From the NCBI GenBank assembly GCA_003345595.1, contig PRDI01000058.1, positions 23,961 to 87,960 of the forward strand: a stretch of DNA of 64,000 nt, written 5' to 3'. Below are positions 1 through 8,141 of this stretch, one piece after another. The translations under genes were made by a program, and so were the position numbers. Numbering within the stretch: position 1 is the first letter of the stretch; each line of letters starts with the position of its first letter. The DNA comes from Candidatus Thorarchaeota archaeon (GTDB taxonomy: Archaea; Asgardarchaeota; Thorarchaeia; Thorarchaeales; Thorarchaeaceae). Below the pieces are notes generated by a model. The model did not search any database, was not told the origin of the DNA, and was given only the letters and a program-made list of their open reading frames with translations.

Positions 1-2192
1 TCATCCCCACCTGAAGAGGTGCCAACGTCATCCTCCTCGCTATCTCCAAGCGGAATATCCGCAAGCAGATCCGCACTGAGCACGTCGCCTTCAATCTCCT
101 CTTCGTCCGCCTCCATCTCAAAACCGGATATGGCATCTCGCAGTCTGGATGCGATTGTTTCAGCATCGAACAGCTTCTTGCGCTTGCTATCATTGGCTAT
201 CGCAACGAGGCTGTGAGCGAACTGATCAGCGTACATGGCAAGAATGCCTGCCCTCTTGGCCTTCTTCTTTGCAGTTTCACGACGGGTTATGAACAACCTG
301 AACTTCCGTCCTGCATCCTCAAGTGCGAGCTTAATCTCTCTTATGAGAACCTCATCTTCTGCCAGAGCCTGCTTGCTTTGGCCCTTGAACATGACATGAA
401 CGTATGCCCCGCACACATGTATGAAGAGCATAACTGGTCCTCTTGGCACGCCGTTGTCGAAGGAATCCAGCTTGTAATTCCTCCAGTTCACAGAGGTTGT
501 TGCCTTCCAAGTCGCACAGTCACTGTTGTCTCGGAGCTTCGGCACTCGATTGACAAATCTCCACAATACCGCGTTCGCTGAACCTGCAGGTTTGATATCG
601 CCGCCATATGCAATGCAGACCTCGACCGCAAAGGATAGTCCCTTTCCTGACGTGGGCTTCCTGGTTATTGCTGTGACGAACTCGGGGTTGTAGGCCTGCT
701 TTATCGTCTTCTCGAAGATTTCCTCTCCGACTGGTACAACTGTGTCCGTGGGTGGAGCAATGTATTCTTCGCTCGAGAACGCCTTGTAGAGATACTCCAC
801 CTCAGTCTTCGACAACGAGTCTGTCGGAGTCCTTGGACCTATCGTGGGGAGCTTCCGAATCCTCAGTTCTTTGTTGGTGTTGTCTATAATCGTACTCGCC
901 TTGTTTCCGCTTAGTCTGCAAAAGCCCCTTGTGAGAAAACCATGAAGGTCTCGTTCTGATGTTTCTCGAAGCAGGTCCTGAAACTCACCTATTCTTATGC
1001 TGGCTGGGTGCGCTTGGGCGTACTTCGGTTCTTCTGGGAAAGTGTTTACTCGTCGAGGATAGATATGCACTTCCCCATAGGGGTCTATGAACACAAGGGT
1101 GATGTGAGGGTCCAGCAGGGAGGTCATCTGAGCGTAGACATCCGCATATCCTCGTTTGTACTGAATGTTGAGGTAGTAGAGTCTGATGTAAGTGCCGTGG
1201 TCGAAGGGTAGATCCATTTCGAGTGGGCCGTTGACATACTCCTTCGTGTTTGCGGTTGTCGTGTAGTACTCCGCCACGGTCGCCTTTTCTGATGTAAACT
1301 TCTTTGTGACTGCGAATATTGGCTTTCCCGTCGTGTTCTGAGCGTCACTGAAAGCTGACGGAGCTCCAAATCCTTGGCTTCCTCTGGTCTGTTTCAGTTT
1401 CTCTGACTTGCTGGATGCCAAGTAGATGCCAAACTTCTCGAGGTCTGCCGGGACCATTCCGACACCGGTGTCAAAGCAGATGAACTCATAGACTTTGAAG
1501 CCTTCCTCACTGACCACTGGGACCAAGTCTGGCATGAGGAGCTCGGTCACCTGTATGACAACTAGGGGTTCGTGCTTCGTGATGAATCCTCGGAATGGAA
1601 CAAGGAACTTCCTGAATCTCGCGAGGTGTGTTTCCAGGTTATCTTTGGGTCGCGGCGGGATATCCACCTGTTTTCCATCACGTATGTCCTTCTCAATCTT
1701 CTTGCTGAGGGCAATCGTGTCTTCCAGCTGGTCCTTGAACTTCTCCCTGACTTCCTCGACAAGCTTCGGATCAAGCTGGTCGCTTAGGCGAGGCTTCCTG
1801 TCTGTCTTCCACCACCAGCTCTCCAGTGCGTCAATTGCATTGTCGATAAACTCAATGGAATACTGCGTATGCTTGTTTAGACCAGTTTCGAAACCAACAA
1901 GCTGCGTCCTCTTTCGCATGAACTTAGCAATTGTGCCTTGCTTGATGTCTCCAGACTCCTCAAGAGGGGCTTCGACTGCGGGCTCACTTCCCTTTGGAGT
2001 GTCCTTCTTCTTGTCCCTTCTCTTGATCCTCTTTTCAGAAACGGATTCTTTCTTGGCTTTCTTTTCGACAGTCTTCTTCGGAACGGCCTGTTTCCTACTC
2101 TTGCTTTCGGCGCTCTTCTTTGGGGCAGACTTCTTGCTCTTGGCGCTCTTCTCTACAGTGCTCTTCTTACTGTCCTTCTTCTCCGGACTCAA
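1..2192 (-). CDS. top6B: DNA topoisomerase VI subunit B (3' end runs off the window)
   Basis: Absent from the ORF track because there is no stop in the window. Manual minus-strand translation from TTG at 2192 (RBS GAGGTGA) gives GHKL motifs EFIDNAIDA, FDTGVGM and RGSQGFG, and transducer motifs RFVNRVP and FKGQSKQAL. Confidence 0.9.
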   Translation of the reverse strand, partial: MSPEKKDSKKSTVEKSAKSKKSAPKKSAESKSRKQAVPKKTVEKKAKKESVSEKRIKRRDKKKDTPKGSEPAVEAPLEESGDIKQGTIAKFMRKRTQLVGFETGLNKHTQYSIEFIDNAIDALESWWWKTDRKPRLSDQLDPKLVEEVREKFKDQLEDTIALSKKIEKDIRDGKQVDIPPRPKDNLETHLARFRKFLVPFRGFITKHEPLVVIQVTELLMPDLVPVVSEEGFKVYEFICFDTGVGMVPADLEKFGIYLASSKSEKLKQTRGSQGFGAPSAFSDAQNTTGKPIFAVTKKFTSEKATVAEYYTTTANTKEYVNGPLEMDLPFDHGTYIRLYYLNIQYKRGYADVYAQMTSLLDPHITLVFIDPYGEVHIYPRRVNTFPEEPKYAQAHPASIRIGEFQDLLRETSERDLHGFLTRGFCRLSGNKASTIIDNTNKELRIRKLPTIGPRTPTDSLSKTEVEYLYKAFSSEEYIAPPTDTVVPVGEEIFEKTIKQAYNPEFVTAITRKPTSGKGLSFAVEVCIAYGGDIKPAGSANAVLWRFVNRVPKLRDNSDCATWKATTSVNWRNYKLDSFDNGVPRGPVMLFIHVCGAYVHVMFKGQSKQALAEDEVLIREIKLALEDAGRKFRLFITRRETAKKKAKRAGILAMYADQFAHSLVAIANDSKRKKLFDAETIASRLRDAISGFEMEADEEEIEGDVLSADLLADIPLGDSEEDDVGTSSGGD

Positions 2193-2466
2193 TGGGCTCA
2201 CCTCAAATAGGCCGTGCTGTTCATTCAACATGCTTCGCAACAGGCAGGGACAACTAGCTCGTTGGCTCGTTTCTGTCATCTAGTATCCATTTATTGTTTT
2301 CCCGTTGTGCCTCCCCACAGCCTTTCATAGGGCGCGTTTGGGTCGGAACGGGCTGTTTCGAACGACTTCGATGGCCCATACGGGACTCCAAAATCGCATA
2401 CTTCGGAGTTCGAGTGACCATCGGCAGGCTTTTACTGTTGCCATAGGGAGCGTCCACGAGTGTCGG

Positions 2467-3228
2467 ATGTTGCCCAGCCCTCGGATTCAAGTTATCGCAG
2501 TCGAAGGCATCCCAGTGATAGATGGTCCGTCGGACCTCCCTGAAATCATCTTGAGAGCACTAGGGAGGTCTGGCGAGAAGCTTGTTGACGGTGACGTGAT
2601 AGTCGTAGCCCAGAAGATAGTTTCCAAGTCGGAAGGAAGGGTTGTCCGTCAGAGCGATGTCCAAGTGTCTGAGCATGCCCAAGGCATTGCGAAACGCAAT
2701 GGGTTTGATCCATGGCAAGTTCAGCTGGCTCTTGATGAGAGCCGAGAGGTGCTTAGGAGTGAGCGTGTCTTTATCACTGAAACACGAAACGGCATAGTGT
2801 GCAACTTCAGTGGCGTTGACAGATCGAATGCACCAAGAGGTTCGTACATTCTCCTTCCCGAAAACCCTGATGCAAGTGCAGAACACATCATGCGTGTAGT
2901 GATCGAGCGAACAGGTCTAAGCAGGCTTGCAGTCATAGTGTCGGATACTCAGGGTCGGCCATGGCGGGTGGGTTCCGTGAACTTGGCCATAGGTTGTGCG
3001 GGCATAAACGCGTTCAAGTACAACAGGGGCAAACAGGACCTCTATGGGAGAGTCCTTGAGCATTCGACTGTCTGCCAAATCGATGAACTCGCCGCAGCAG
3101 CAGAGCATGCAATGGGGCAGGCTGGAGAGGGTGTACCAGTTGTAATAGTAAGGGGGTACCCATACTCTGACGGCCCTGAGCATGGTAGCAACGTGCCGAG
3201 ACCAAAATCCGAAGATCTGTTCAGGTAG
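2467..3228 (+). CDS. cofE: Coenzyme F420-0:L-glutamate ligase
   Basis: Motifs DGDVIVVAQKIVSKSEGR, SGVDRSN, LLPENPDASA, DTQGRPWRVG and DELAAAA...MGQAGEGVPVVIVRG. ATG 2467 preferred over the track start at 2305. Confidence 0.92.
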   Translation: MLPSPRIQVIAVEGIPVIDGPSDLPEIILRALGRSGEKLVDGDVIVVAQKIVSKSEGRVVRQSDVQVSEHAQGIAKRNGFDPWQVQLALDESREVLRSERVFITETRNGIVCNFSGVDRSNAPRGSYILLPENPDASAEHIMRVVIERTGLSRLAVIVSDTQGRPWRVGSVNLAIGCAGINAFKYNRGKQDLYGRVLEHSTVCQIDELAAAAEHAMGQAGEGVPVVIVRGYPYSDGPEHGSNVPRPKSEDLFR

Positions 3229-3316
3229 TCTAGCACAGAGTAAACTGCTGGATTCCTATTGTGCAACAAAAGAAAGAGTACGGGCAAGGCATAGCCCTGC
3301 CTCGTATGTCCATTGA

Positions 3317-4120
3317 CTATCCTACTTTCTGCCCACAGTTGTTGCAGAACTTCGCCCCCGCAGGAAGAGGCTGGCCACAGTTCGAGCAGAAACCGCCGCG
3401 GCCGCCACCGCCGCCTGTAGTCTTGAATGTGATAGTTGAGCGGTCAGGCTGTCCTCCACGTCCCGATCCGGTGCTAGTGATCGTGAAAGATCCCTGTCCT
3501 TCGTCGCCGCCCCCGGTCACCGTGACTGTTTCATCCCCACTGGATCCTCTCTGCGCACCACCGCCGCCACCTCCTTGTAGAATGGCTCCACATTGAGCAC
3601 ATGAAGATCTTCCGCCTGATGGAGCGCCGCAGTATGGGCACTTGCCTTGGTCTTGGGCCGCTGAGATATTTGCTATGATCGCAGAGATCACCTTAGGCTG
3701 CTTGAACTCGAATCTCATATCTCCTCCTGACTTCAGGGGAAGTATCAGTCTGTTCCCAGACATCTGCGCCTGCGAAACCGCAACTATAGGGATGGCCATA
3801 CTCTCGGCGTTGCCTTTGGCATCCTTGTTGATGAACGAGTCGTGTGTCCATGAGGAGATGGCAGTATACACGGCTGCAGCACCAACACCGCGCCCTACAC
3901 TCTTGATTGCGTGTCCCCCAATGCCTCCCACACGTGAACCGACTCCTTCGAGCAAGGCTGCGCCAGCGACTGCGCCGGCAAAGGCACCAAACTTCTTGAG
4001 GCCTCCGCTCTTGCTGGGTTTCTTATACCAGACGAGCCTCACATCAGTCAGCTCGAGGATTCCATCTTGTCCCTCGAACTTGACATCGTCTTCACGGATC
4101 ATTTTCTTCTCATAACCCAT
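3317..4120 (-). CDS. PH/GRAM-like domain protein with Gly/Ala-rich insert and zinc-ribbon domains
   Basis: GILELTDVRLVW and MAIPIVAV resemble PH-GRAM strands. Zinc ribbons CPYCG..CAQCG and C-terminal CSNCG..FCNNCG. Start at 4120 (MGYEKK) or 4156. Confidence 0.7.
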   Translation of the reverse strand: MGYEKKMIREDDVKFEGQDGILELTDVRLVWYKKPSKSGGLKKFGAFAGAVAGAALLEGVGSRVGGIGGHAIKSVGRGVGAAAVYTAISSWTHDSFINKDAKGNAESMAIPIVAVSQAQMSGNRLILPLKSGGDMRFEFKQPKVISAIIANISAAQDQGKCPYCGAPSGGRSSCAQCGAILQGGGGGGAQRGSSGDETVTVTGGGDEGQGSFTITSTGSGRGGQPDRSTITFKTTGGGGGRGGFCSNCGQPLPAGAKFCNNCGQKVG

Positions 4121-4274
4121 GGTCGAAAGTCCAGAGTCAGAGAATGAAACGCTCATGAAACCTGGTCGCTCTGACAGATGATATCACCACAGAGGCGGTC
4201 AGTACGTAGCAATAATAAGCTTGCTAGCTGGCAGCCTCTGTCGGCCTGCAATCTTGGTGCGTGCTTGACTGACT

Positions 4275-5759
4275 TCAGTCGCCGGTTTTTTCTCTCATTG
4301 CTGGTCCGATTGCAGTTTCGGTAGGCTGAGATACTTGTGGCTGGCGTCGCACAAGAGCTTCGTCACCCGTCACTGGGAGCGGGTACTTGAGGCCTTTCGA
4401 TATCATGATCACGCCCATGAGGGATACAATCCCACAAGACACAAGGGTCAACGGGAAGCCCCAGCGTGGGATGAGCCAACCAAAGAGCGCAATCTGCGGC
4501 ATCGCTATGATTGTTCCCAAGGCAGGCTGCAACGAGTACATGCTGTTCCTGATTCGGTTGGGGATAGCGTCAATCAGGATGCGCTGAGTCAGGATTTCAG
4601 CGAACCCTCCGAAGAAGCCTGTCACTGTGAAGGTAATGAACATGAATGCTACGGGAAGTACAGTGCTTGGTGGCAGCCTCAGTATCACCAGCTGAGTGAA
4701 CGGGAAGAAGATATCGATGGTCGGCGTCCCTACGGCGGCCGGTGGAAGCAGATACATGATTGCGGCGAACAGGAGGAAGAAGACAGTTCCGCACATCTGA
4801 ACAAGCCTGAAACGCGGGATCCACTTTTTGGGCTCGAACTTCCTTGACCAAATCCCAGACCGTTCCTGGGAGGCAACCCCTGGAATGAACAACAGAGTCC
4901 TGAATAGAGCAACGGCTACGTCAGTCGCCAAATAGGCGTAGTACATGGGAAAAAGTATCAGATTTCCCCACACGAGGATGCTGCTCGCTGTGACCATCGT
5001 GCCTATCATCACATACTTCACAAACGGCTCGCTGAAGATGTAGCTGACGCCTGCCTTTAGAAGCGAGCCATATTCCCCGAACGATGGTCTCTTCTGTCGG
5101 CTGGCTTTGACCTCTGGCAAGTCCTGTACTAGAACGAGGACGGAGGCCGCTATCAAGACGCACAGAATTGCTTGCAGCTGAAAAACCCAAGATCTACCGA
5201 ACATGACCGCCATAAGAGAGCCAGGCAGAAGAGCCACAGTCGAAACAATCTGGAAGAGCATCCCGATCCTTCCCTGCATGACTCCGTACTGTTTCCTGTC
5301 CACATCGTTCGGCATGGCAACTCTGTAGTTGTTGTCAAACCAAGCTCCCCAAGCTCCGCTCTGTTGGGCATCGGCAGCGCCGTTTATTGCGTAAATGAGA
5401 ACCAAGAGCAAGTATGGCGTAGTAACGTTGACCAGTGAAACAAGGTAGAACGTCAGGCCGTATAGCGCGAATGAGAGTGAGATGATGTATCTCTGGCCGA
5501 TCCAGTCTCCCACTGCTCCTGTCGGATAGTCGAGCACTGTCTGTACGGCCATCTGTATCACGATCAACGTCCCGATGAGAGCCATTCCTTGGATGTAGTC
5601 CCCTCCGCCCAAAGCTGTCGCTATGAAGATGACATAGAATGTTGTCGAGAAGGTGACAGTTGCTGCAATCAGAGGGAGGAAGATGGACATGACTCTGGCC
5701 ATTCTCAATATTGAGTCAGGTGCATCTCTTAGTCCAAAGAACCTCGAGTTGCCGGTCAT
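4275..5759 (-). CDS. MFS transporter
   Basis: About 12 hydrophobic segments; motif-A-like DYPTGAVGDWIGQR. Confidence 0.85.
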   Translation of the reverse strand: MTGNSRFFGLRDAPDSILRMARVMSIFLPLIAATVTFSTTFYVIFIATALGGGDYIQGMALIGTLIVIQMAVQTVLDYPTGAVGDWIGQRYIISLSFALYGLTFYLVSLVNVTTPYLLLVLIYAINGAADAQQSGAWGAWFDNNYRVAMPNDVDRKQYGVMQGRIGMLFQIVSTVALLPGSLMAVMFGRSWVFQLQAILCVLIAASVLVLVQDLPEVKASRQKRPSFGEYGSLLKAGVSYIFSEPFVKYVMIGTMVTASSILVWGNLILFPMYYAYLATDVAVALFRTLLFIPGVASQERSGIWSRKFEPKKWIPRFRLVQMCGTVFFLLFAAIMYLLPPAAVGTPTIDIFFPFTQLVILRLPPSTVLPVAFMFITFTVTGFFGGFAEILTQRILIDAIPNRIRNSMYSLQPALGTIIAMPQIALFGWLIPRWGFPLTLVSCGIVSLMGVIMISKGLKYPLPVTGDEALVRRQPQVSQPTETAIGPAMREKTGD

Positions 5760-6634
5760 TCTGTATTCAGTCCCCCAATCATGCTTCGGAAGGCCGAGTC
5801 ATGCTGCAAGAACCGTGAATCAAAGCGTGCCAGTTTCGCATGTGTCATCATTCAGGTGTTCTCCTAGTTCGACTTCGCGATCTCTCGGGGTGCGGCCCCC
5901 GCAATCACACTGCAGGGACCGCTGCTGAGAGAGTAGGTATGTTTAGCCGTCCATCGGTTACCATGGTTGTCGAGAGGCTCTGCTTCTTGCCGAGTGTCAG
6001 GGCTTCCAGCGGTTTCATCGAACCGGTCAGCCGGGAATCGGAAGAGTGCGCCGAGTCTACTCAACCATGTCACCTTGTTTTGGTTTGGACTGGTCACTTG
6101 ATATGCTACTGATGGTCTACAGTGCTCATTCAAGTGACCACTTGTGGTCACTCTAATACAAGTCGTGTGGTCAAGGTGACCTGCTGAAGAGGCTGGCTCG
6201 CCTTTGCGCCCCACGCGGTAGTTGTTGGAACAAACCATGCTCACTGCTTCGTTGTTCACAGCCTCTACCTCATGGTGGCATAATGGTTTGGTGCTGACAC
6301 CATTTAAATACTACACTGTTGACGCAATAAACCATTGATGATGGGACCTTCGCACACAGGTGCACATCCAACGGACTAGGATTGACGAACTGAAGGTGAG
6401 ATACCTGCTGAGTCCTTGCGTCGGGAATACTTAACGATAAAGCGACACCGTAGCCTTTCACAAGAATTTCATCATTGGTACCAATAAAAAGCGCAGCCAC
6501 ATCATGGGGTCACGTGTTGAGGTCGCTTCATGTTACCGGTCACGCAGGCAGGGGTGTAGGTGTGCGACAGTCAAAGATATTACGAAGCTGATTCAGAACC
6601 TGCAGTATCAACTAACGACAGGAGACAGGTCAGG

Positions 6635-7516
6635 ATGGATATCAAGAAGATTGCCGTGCTTGGCGCAGGCCAGATGGGCAACGGTATAGCTCATGTCTGT
6701 GCTCAGTCAGGCTATGAAGTCAAGATGCGAGATATAGAGCAACAGTTCCTCGACAAGGGCCTTGCAACGATAAAGGGAAACCTAGACCGCATGCTGAAGA
6801 AGAGCAAGATTACTCAGGTGGACGCGGATGCAACATTGCGTCGCATAAAGTGCGTTCTCGACCTTAAGGAGGCCGTGAAGGACGCTGATCTGGTCATTGA
6901 GGCGATTCCCGAAATAGTCAAGCTGAAGTTGGACACTTGGAAGGACGTGGACGCTGCCGCCCCTGCCAGCGCCATATTGGCGTCGAACACTTCGAGCATC
7001 AGTATCACCCAAATGGCGGCTGTAACAAAGCGGCCTCAGAAGTTCATAGGCATGCACTTCTTCAACCCAGTGCCTGTCATGGGACTTGTTGAAATCATTA
7101 AAGGGCAAGCCACCGACGACGCAACTGTCGATGTGATAAAGGCTGTCGCGACTAAGGTCGGCAAGCAGACAGTCGTTGTTAAGGAAGCGCCAGGGTTCGC
7201 AGTCAATCGATTGCTGGTGCCCGCTTTGAATGAGGCTGTCTTTGCGATTCAGGAAGGCATCACGACAGTTGAAGACATGGACCTAGCCATCAAGCTCGGG
7301 TTGAACTGGCCAATGGGTCCGCTGACACTTCTTGACTTCGTGGGTCTAGACACGGCATTGTACATCGCCGATTATTTCGTGGACGAGTTCAAGGACAGCA
7401 AGTACAGGGCACCTGCCTTGTTGCGCAAGATGGTGCGTGCAGGATGGCTGGGCAGGAAGTCCGGAAGGGGCTTCTATGACTACTCAACCAATCCTCCCAA
7501 GCCGGGTAGGTTCTAA
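6635..7516 (+). CDS. hbd: 3-hydroxybutyryl/3-hydroxyacyl-CoA dehydrogenase
   Basis: GAGQMGNGIA, VIEAIPE, LASNTSSISI, GMHFFNP, PGFAVNRL, PMGPLTLLDFVGLD and GRKSGRGFYDY. Start MDIKK at 6635. Confidence 0.93.
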   Translation: MDIKKIAVLGAGQMGNGIAHVCAQSGYEVKMRDIEQQFLDKGLATIKGNLDRMLKKSKITQVDADATLRRIKCVLDLKEAVKDADLVIEAIPEIVKLKLDTWKDVDAAAPASAILASNTSSISITQMAAVTKRPQKFIGMHFFNPVPVMGLVEIIKGQATDDATVDVIKAVATKVGKQTVVVKEAPGFAVNRLLVPALNEAVFAIQEGITTVEDMDLAIKLGLNWPMGPLTLLDFVGLDTALYIADYFVDEFKDSKYRAPALLRKMVRAGWLGRKSGRGFYDYSTNPPKPGRF

Positions 7517-7537
7517 GAGTAATCTGGGGCGGCCAAG

Positions 7538-7993
7538 CTAGCGAGGTTCGCCCCTCCTAGCTCCAGCTGGAGTTGAAGCTCTGGATACTTGCGGCTGTTT
7601 CTCTTCACTTACTCGAACTTCAATCATATGCTGACACACATGACATATGAACTCATCAGAACTTGTCCATTGTATATCCTCCGGGGTAATTGGTTCACTG
7701 CAATAAGACCAAATCACGAAGGAAGATTTTGATCTAGTTCTCGAACGCGCTTGGGAATCAATGTCTTTCCCACCTGCTCCATCAATCCCATCCCTTCTAG
7801 GCTGACATTGGCGCCTCATGAGAATCAGCAACACAAGTAGCTACATTCCCAACATGACACGCCAAAGCACGAAAAACGGTTGCAGTAGAGGTATCATTCA
7901 GACAGCGGAGAGGATTGGAAACACAAGGAGCAATACGAGAGTCAATGCAACGATCACCGAATCAACTGTCTTGCTTCCTGCTTGCTCTCCCAA
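7538..7993 (-). pseudogene. Interrupted 2-TM membrane protein with degenerate C-terminal zinc finger
   Basis: One frame from TTG 7993 (after GGTGA) reads hydrophobic helices broken by in-frame TGA (7900-7898) and TAG (7843-7841). It continues into track ORF 7538..7834 (WSYCSEPI...CHVC). Confidence 0.55.
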
Positions 7994-8141
7994 CTCACCT
8001 AACTGAAGACCCTTTCATTCGAAACGTAATAGGCCTGCGTTCTTCTGTTTTGTCTATTCATGCACAACCGTCATGAAACAGAATTGAACACTTGCACACA
8101 TCCATCGTGAAAGGTGTTAGACACTGCGACAGATGTCTGTT

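Noticed and set aside
19-2283. Plus-strand ORFs 19..216, 213..581, 1008..1211 and 1495..2283 (Phe/Leu/Ser-rich, TM-looking)
   Set aside because: Antisense shadows of top6B; the hydrophobic look is the mirror of Lys/Glu codons.
5884-5930. TPP-riboswitch-like 5' half (CTCGGGGTGC...hairpin...GCTGAGA)
   Set aside because: The required downstream ACCC, CCTGAT and AGCGTAGGGA elements are absent, and the hairpin pairs better on the minus strand (C-A becomes G-U). Treated as a simple hairpin upstream of the MFS gene.
6325-6350. Fluoride-riboswitch-like 3' fragment (AAACC..TGATGATG)
   Set aside because: No upstream GGNGATGG/pseudoknot partner and no fluoride-related gene nearby.
5864-6500. ORFs 5864..6259 and 6270..6500
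   Set aside because: No recognisable motifs, atypical composition, and they overlap the repeat/promoter-like region.
7841-7900. Selenocysteine or pyrrolysine recoding of the in-frame TGA and TAG
   Set aside because: The stops lie in hydrophobic helices rather than catalytic motifs, no SECIS-like element was recognised, and other decay is visible. A pseudogene is more parsimonious.
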